From Sphingopyxis sp. (lineage in GTDB: Bacteria > Pseudomonadota > Alphaproteobacteria > Sphingomonadales > Sphingomonadaceae): 64,000 bases of DNA. Below, in pieces: positions 59,555-64,000 of this stretch. How positions within the stretch are numbered: the stretch's first letter is position 1; each line of letters opens with the position of its first letter. Position numbers and translations under genes: made by a program. The stretch spans positions 45,662-109,661 of the forward strand of contig DASSAA010000004.1 of assembly GCA_035685745.1 (NCBI GenBank). The letters run 5' to 3'. The notes under the pieces are model-generated. The model did no database searches, was not told the origin of the DNA, and was given only the letters and a program-made list of their open reading frames with translations.

Positions 59555-59977
59555 ATGGCCCAAACGCCGCCCAGCCCCGATATGATGTTTGATGCATTGA
59601 TCCAGAATAAAAATGATCCAGCCGCCATCATGCAAAGGCTGGAAATGCTGGAATTTCTGCTGGAACGCAGCTTCACCCTGCCGGGCTTCAACCGCGCTGT
59701 GGGGCTGGATGCAATTATCGGCCTCGTTCCCATAATCGGCGATTTTATTGCAGCGGCCATCGGCAGCTATCTGGTATGGGAAGCGCGCAATCTGGGCCTG
59801 CCTAAATGGAAACTCGCCCGCATGATGGCGCATATCGGCATCGACACGGCGCTCGGCGCCATTCCCTTTATCGGCGATGCTTTCGACATGGTTTATCGCT
59901 CCAACAGCCGCAATCTCAAGATCGTCAAAGATCATATGGCAAAGCACCACCCCGCCACCATCATCATCGATCAATAA
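59555..59977 (+). CDS. DUF4112 domain membrane protein
   Basis: GLDAIIGLVPIIGDFI ... ALGAIPFIGDAFDMVYRSNSRN is the duplicated G-D motif typical of DUF4112. Confidence 0.75.
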   Translation: MAQTPPSPDMMFDALIQNKNDPAAIMQRLEMLEFLLERSFTLPGFNRAVGLDAIIGLVPIIGDFIAAAIGSYLVWEARNLGLPKWKLARMMAHIGIDTALGAIPFIGDAFDMVYRSNSRNLKIVKDHMAKHHPATIIIDQ

Positions 59978-60083
59978 ACCGCTCTTCCCTCTCCTTCACA
60001 CTCTTGCGCCTCCGCTTGCTTAGGGGCGCGGAAAAAACGGGCTGTTCAGCGGCCCGATCATCCATCATTCATCTGGAAATTTC

Positions 60084-60608
60084 ATGTCGTCTCGCAGGAA
60101 AAGCGCGCCGCGTCGCCGATCAAAACGCACCTCTCCACTGGCCAAAATGCTGGGCGCCGCCGCTGCCAGCCTGATCCTATATTTAGTCGCCGCCGCCGAA
60201 CTCCCGCCGTTCATAGCAGATCTGATGGAGCCCCATCTTCCGTCCCAACCCGCCCCTGCATCCCGCTCCGAGCACGCAGATTCCATCGACTTGCCTTGCC
60301 CCAGCCCCCATGTCGTCGATGGAGACACATTGCGCTGCGGCGAGATTCGCATCAGGCTGGCGGGCATAGACACGCCCGAAATGCCCGGCCATTGCCGCCA
60401 AGGCCGCGATTGCACGCCGGGCGATCCTTATGCCGCCAAAGCGCATCTCCAGCAGATCGTCTCGCGCGGCGCACTGCGCTGCACCCAGCAAGATGTGGAT
60501 CATTATGGCCGCAGTATCGCGCGCTGCACCGTTGGGGATATGGATTTAAGCTGCGAGCAATTGCGCTCTGGCCATGCCGTCGCCCGCTATGGCCGGATCG
60601 ACTGCTGA
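60084..60608 (+). CDS. Thermonuclease (SNase-like) family protein with N-terminal membrane anchor
   Basis: VVDGDTLRCGEIRIRLAGIDTPE ... DHYGRSIARC ... LRSGHAVARY. Confidence 0.8.
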   Translation: MSSRRKSAPRRRSKRTSPLAKMLGAAAASLILYLVAAAELPPFIADLMEPHLPSQPAPASRSEHADSIDLPCPSPHVVDGDTLRCGEIRIRLAGIDTPEMPGHCRQGRDCTPGDPYAAKAHLQQIVSRGALRCTQQDVDHYGRSIARCTVGDMDLSCEQLRSGHAVARYGRIDC

Positions 60609-60635
60609 ACGGCCAGCCTCATCCATCACATCTGC

Positions 60636-61226
60636 TCAGATCATCAGCGCCAGTGACGCCAGCAATAAGCCCGCCATCGTCCAATTAAATGCACGCAGGC
60701 GGCCTGGGGTGGAAAGCCAAACCTGCATCCCCTGCCCCATAATCGCCCACAGGCTAACTGTCGGCAAATTCACCAATCCGAATATGCTCGCAATGATCAG
60801 AACCGCCGCCATGCTGCGATCCGGCGCATAAAGGGCGATGGCGGAAAGAATCATCGTCCATGCCTTGGGATTAACCCATTGGAACAGGGCGGCTTCAAAA
60901 AATGTCATCGGTCGTCCCAGACTATCTCCACCTTGGGATGGCCCAGCGGCATTGGCGATTTTCCACGCCAGCCATAAAAGATAGGCGATGCTGATCCCTT
61001 TCAGCGCCATATTCAGCGCTGGCCAGCGATCGAATAATGCCATCACGCCCAGCCCCACCAGCAAGATCATCACCGAAAAGCCGATGGTGATCCCCAAGGC
61101 ATGGGGAATGGTGCGCTTTAGGCCGAAATTGGCGCCAGAGGCCATCAGCATCACATTGTTCGGCCCCGGGGTGATGGATGACACAAATGCAAAGGCGGTA
61201 AGCGCGAACAAAAATGAAGGCATCAT
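60636..61226 (-). CDS. LysE/RhtB family amino-acid exporter
   Basis: MMPSFLFALTAFAFVSSITPGPNNVMLMASGANFG is a canonical LysE-family N-terminus. 196 aa with 6 TM helices. Confidence 0.85.
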   Translation of the reverse strand: MMPSFLFALTAFAFVSSITPGPNNVMLMASGANFGLKRTIPHALGITIGFSVMILLVGLGVMALFDRWPALNMALKGISIAYLLWLAWKIANAAGPSQGGDSLGRPMTFFEAALFQWVNPKAWTMILSAIALYAPDRSMAAVLIIASIFGLVNLPTVSLWAIMGQGMQVWLSTPGRLRAFNWTMAGLLLASLALMI

Positions 61227-61253
61227 GCCAAAATATATCCCTAAATCTGGGCC

Positions 61254-62027
61254 TCACCCCATCAGCATTTTCACGCCGACAAACAACAGGATCGCCGCCA
61301 AGGCCGGGCGCAGAAAATGCTCCGGCGCTCGACTGGATAACAGGCTGCCAAGAATCACACCGGGGATAGAACCAATCAGCAGACTAACCAACAGCCCCAG
61401 ATCGACATCGCCATATATCCAATGGCCCGCCCCCGCCAGCAGCGCCAACGGCACGGCATGGGCGATATCCGTGCCGACAATGCGCGAGATTGGCAATTTG
61501 GGATAAAGCATCAGCAAGGCCGTCATGCCAATAGCGCCAGCCCCCACCGAAGAAATAGATACCGCAATGCCGATCACCACGCCCAGCAGGATAGTGGGGA
61601 TCAACGCTTGTTGATCATCCATGCCATCATGGGCGTGAGCAAAGGCCATCAACCGGCGCTGAAAAAAAGCGGCAAAGGCGGTGACAACCAACATGCAGCC
61701 CAAAAACATCATAATCACATGTTCCGCGCGGCTTCCGATCTCGCCAAACCATTGCAGCGCCATCACCGACAGAGCCGCCGCTGGCAGCGACCCAATCGCC
61801 AGACGACGAAAAATATGCCAATCCACCGTATCGCGCCAGCCATGAACACTGGTGCCCACCATCTTTGTTAGCGCGGCAAACAATAAATCCGTGCCCACCG
61901 CTGTCTTGGGGTTCACGCCAAATATCAGCACCAACAGCGGCGTCATCACCGAACCGCCGCCAACCCCGGTCAGCCCCACCAGAATTCCGACCAGAAAACC
62001 CGCCACACCATGCATCACATCAATCAT
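61254..62027 (-). CDS. TauE/SafE family sulfite/anion exporter
   Basis: GILVGLTGVGGGSVMTPLL and GTDIAHAVPLAL motifs. The ORF extends to ATG 62066, and ATG 62027 gives the usual N-terminus. Confidence 0.85.
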   Translation of the reverse strand: MIDVMHGVAGFLVGILVGLTGVGGGSVMTPLLVLIFGVNPKTAVGTDLLFAALTKMVGTSVHGWRDTVDWHIFRRLAIGSLPAAALSVMALQWFGEIGSRAEHVIMMFLGCMLVVTAFAAFFQRRLMAFAHAHDGMDDQQALIPTILLGVVIGIAVSISSVGAGAIGMTALLMLYPKLPISRIVGTDIAHAVPLALLAGAGHWIYGDVDLGLLVSLLIGSIPGVILGSLLSSRAPEHFLRPALAAILLFVGVKMLMG

Positions 62028-62400
62028 CGCTAGCAAAACGCATGTCTCCGGCAAACATGTGACCATGAGCCCGGCTGGCTAGATTTTCGTAGAATATATT
62101 TATCATGGCTGGGCTGCTATAGAAAACACCCATGGGCAGGTCGAGCATGGCTGGCCTCATCCTGTGCGCCGAAATAATTGTCACCACGCAACAAAAATTA
62201 TCCGGCTGAGAGAAGCGCTCAACGAATCCGAAAGAAATGGTTTCAGAAGCAGCTCTGCTTCCTATGCGCCGCGAATATATGGACCCCACATGAGCAGCGG
62301 GCAGCAACTCTAGATACTTCTAAGTTGAAGCAGGCTGAAACACGGGCCGCATCAATATAGAGAGATAGGAATATCGGTAGAAATTTTGGTTTTCAGTCCT

Positions 62401-62430
62401 TGCGGCATATGTGTTGAAACATATGCCGCA
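62401..62430. terminator. 12-bp perfect-stem hairpin immediately 3' of tRNA-Tyr
   Basis: TGCGGCATATGT-GTTGAA-ACATATGCCGCA. It begins 7 nt past the tRNA CCA end. No clear U-tract lies on the tRNA strand. Confidence 0.45.
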
Positions 62431-62436
62431 AGGCAC

Positions 62437-62522
62437 TGGTGGACAGGGCTGGATTCGAACCAGCGTACGGAAAACCGGGCAGATTTACAGTCTGCTGCCT
62501 TTAACCACTCGGCCACCTGTCC
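62437..62522 (-). tRNA. tRNA-Tyr(GTA): tRNA-Tyr (anticodon GTA), CCA encoded
   Basis: The minus strand reads GGACAGG-TG-GCC-GAGTGGTTAAA-GGC-A-GCAGA-CTGTAAA-TCTGC-long variable arm-GCTGG-TTCGAAT-CCAGC-CCTGTCC-A-CCA. The cloverleaf folds by eye with a type II long variable arm. Confidence 0.95.
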
Positions 62523-62600
62523 ATGGTGCCCTGCGGGTGACGGGCTAATGGCGTGCCCAGACTTGTCTGTCAATGCCGGTTGTGGAAAAGAAGCATTGAT

Positions 62601-63365
62601 ATGCGACAATTTTCTCGACATCGCCGTCCTGAGGGCAAAAACCTCAAGGGCCAAGTCACTCGTTTCTGGGGCCGGCACGCCGTTTTGGCTGCCCTCGCCA
62701 ATCCTGATCGCCGCGTAAAACGAATCTGGGGCACGCGCGAAGCGCTCGCTCAGATGGATGTTCCGCCCGATATTCCTATTTCCTTTGCGGAAGTTACGGA
62801 TCTGGCCCGCCTGGTCGCCAAAGATTCGCCGCATCAAGGCGTGGTGATCGAGGTTGATCCCCTCGACCATCATTTTCTTGGCGATATTTTGCAGCTAGAG
62901 GCGCTGAACAATAGCAACCGCCCGCTTGTCATTCTGGATCAGGTAACCGATCCGCATAATATCGGCGCCGTGCTGCGCTCCGCCGCAGCCTTTGATGCTG
63001 CCGCTGTCATCACACAGGATCGTCACAGCCCGCCCGAAAGCGGCGTGATCGCGCGGGCGGCCTGCGGCGCTCTTGAAACCGTGCCATGGGTGCGGGTGGT
63101 CAACCTCTCCCGCGCGCTGGAAGAAATCGCCGAAGCGCAATATTGGCGCATCGCGCTGGACGGCGACGCTGACAAAAGCCTCGGCGCAACCCTTGATGGC
63201 AGCAAGGTCGCGCTGGTGCTTGGTTCAGAAGGGGACGGACTGCGACACAATGTGATGGAACATTGCGATGTGCTGGCCAAGCTGCCGATGTCAGAGCGTA
63301 TGGAAAGCCTGAATATCTCCAATGCCGCTGCTATCGCCCTTTATGCGGTTGCCACTTCAGCCTGA
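62601..63365 (+). CDS. rlmB: 23S rRNA (guanosine-2'-O)-methyltransferase RlmB (SpoU/TrmH family)
   Basis: GRHAVLAALANP, DQVTDPHNIGAVLRSAAAF, LVLGSEGDGLR and LNISNAAAIALY. Divergent from tRNA-Tyr. Confidence 0.85.
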   Translation: MRQFSRHRRPEGKNLKGQVTRFWGRHAVLAALANPDRRVKRIWGTREALAQMDVPPDIPISFAEVTDLARLVAKDSPHQGVVIEVDPLDHHFLGDILQLEALNNSNRPLVILDQVTDPHNIGAVLRSAAAFDAAAVITQDRHSPPESGVIARAACGALETVPWVRVVNLSRALEEIAEAQYWRIALDGDADKSLGATLDGSKVALVLGSEGDGLRHNVMEHCDVLAKLPMSERMESLNISNAAAIALYAVATSA

Positions 63366-63386
63366 GGCTCCCTTCACCAACAGATA

Positions 63387-63431
63387 AAGAAAAAGGCTCT
63401 TTCCAACCCGGTAGAAAGAGCCTTTTTCTTA
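63387..63431. terminator. Bidirectional intrinsic terminator (rlmB / ferredoxin)
   Basis: AAGAAAAAGGCTCTTTC-CAACCCGGTA-GAAAGAGCCTTTTTCTT. Confidence 0.75.
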
Positions 63432-63465
63432 TCATCGCATCCTCAGGGCCATGCGGCCTCATGGA

Positions 63466-63783
63466 TTAATCTTCTTCAGCGATCCGCACGCGAATGCCAT
63501 CCAGCGCATCACTGAAAGGAATCTGGCAAGACAGGCGCGACGCACCGTCACGGGTAGAGGTGGAATCGAGAAGATCATTCTCGTCTTCGCTCATTGCTGG
63601 CAGAGTCGTCGCATCCGCGGCCTCCACATGCACATGGCAGGTCGCACAAGAACAGCAACCGCCACAAAGAGCCAGCAATTCGTCAAAACCGGCATCGCGA
63701 ATATTTTCCATAATCGTCAGGCTGGTATCGCCTTCGATTTCATGTTCCGAACCATCACGCGTCACAACAATCAGCTTGGCCAT
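63466..63783 (-). CDS. 2Fe-2S ferredoxin (adrenodoxin/putidaredoxin type)
   Basis: [18 protein letters not shown] ... [15 protein letters not shown] ... SRLSCQI (Cys ligand pattern). AAGGATGAGGA precedes ATG 63783. Confidence 0.9.
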   Translation of the reverse strand: MAKLIVVTRDGSEHEIEGDTSLTIMENIRDAGFDELLALCGGCCSCATCHVHVEAADATTLPAMSEDENDLLDSTSTRDGASRLSCQIPFSDALDGIRVRIAEED

Positions 63784-63877
63784 TTCAGTCCTCATCCTTT
63801 TATACCAGCAGCCATATGTCGTGCGTTGCAAATCAAATCAAGCATTGCTATTCAGCAATTTGAAACAAAGAGAGAAC

Positions 63878-64000
63878 ATGCAGATGCCAAATACGGCCGA
63901 TGCCCTCAAATCCGCCTTGGATTTTATCGCCGCATCGGATGATCGTTTCGCCGCTGCGCTGGATGCGGCTGGCTATCCGGCTCCGCGCATCCAGCCCCCC
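63878..64000 (+). CDS. Partial CDS (first 41 codons), possibly a DNA-3-methyladenine glycosylase II-like protein
   Basis: My translation is MQMPNTADALKSALDFIAASDDRFAAALDAAGYPAPRIQPP, open to the window edge. The family assignment is only a weak resemblance. Confidence 0.35.
   Translation, partial: MQMPNTADALKSALDFIAASDDRFAAALDAAGYPAPRIQPP

Noticed and set aside
62067-62522. The possibility that the DNA beside tRNA-Tyr is a two-piece tmRNA, or the edge of an integrated island covering the TauE-to-autotransporter genes.
   Set aside because: I saw no tag-peptide reading frame (ANDN...AA type), no second TpsiC-like GGTTCGA element, no integrase, and no repeat of the tRNA 3' end elsewhere in the window. 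A computational repeat search would be needed to be certain.
62352-62873. A 173-aa minus-strand ORF spanning the tRNA-Tyr gene and the rlmB 5' end.
   Set aside because: It reads straight through a canonical tRNA and opposite a well-supported rlmB, so it is an artefact.

Overview
This 64-kb window looks like chromosomal DNA from an alphaproteobacterium, probably Sphingomonadales. That guess rests on gene content and on the cpoB-tilS-ftsH, hslVU and tamAB arrangements. GC is mid-50s % by eye, not computed. The window is densely coding. I found no transposase, integrase, phage gene or CRISPR array.

Contents from left to right:
- 1-5.4 kb: a LacI-associated catabolic or uptake cluster with a TonB-dependent receptor (cut by the left edge), an MFS transporter, a carboxymuconolactone-decarboxylase-family protein and an extradiol-dioxygenase-like protein.
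- 5.5-7 kb: a RutE-like nitroreductase and a hydrolase.
- 7.1-12.2 kb: a tightly coupled four-gene operon of acyl-CoA ligase, alpha/beta hydrolase, APH-fold kinase and divergent enolase paralogue, with a divergent MarR gene.
- 12.9-16.3 kb: a second MarR gene with an FMN reductase, then convergent leuD and leuC.
- 16.6-21.7 kb: DMT transporter, FMN-glutamate-synthase-like protein, PRC-barrel protein, HPP protein, cytochrome c and an SMR pump.
- 21.7-22.5 kb: a GDT1/UPF0016 gene behind a yybP-ykoY (Mn2+) riboswitch.
- 22.5-29.4 kb: tamA, tamB and a translationally coupled small lipoprotein.
- 29.6-41.6 kb: selO, wecB, a UDP-glucuronate-epimerase-like gene, a mannose-6-phosphate isomerase, hslVU, a RodZ-like gene and cpoB-tilS-ftsH.
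- 41.7-42.9 kb: a two-gene islet (secreted protein plus DUF3800) between ftsH and rpoZ.
- 43.5-46.8 kb: a phospholipase D/cardiolipin-synthase-like (PLD/Cls-like) gene and a PmtA-like methyltransferase, then an MFS transporter.
- 47-50.3 kb: a full-length CDC48/VAT-like double-AAA+ ATPase with a divergent LysR gene.
- 50.4-59.5 kb: an autotransporter, a FecI/FecR/FecA-type module and an orphan family-5 substrate-binding protein.
- 59.5-64 kb: DUF4112, a thermonuclease, LysE, TauE, tRNA-Tyr, rlmB, a 2Fe-2S ferredoxin and a partial gene at the right edge.

The best candidate for an undescribed system is the ligase-hydrolase-kinase-enolase operon at 7.1-12.2 kb. Secondary candidates are the LysR-linked CDC48-like unfoldase and the DUF3800 islet. 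All functional calls come from motif recognition by eye in the supplied translations. No database search was run.
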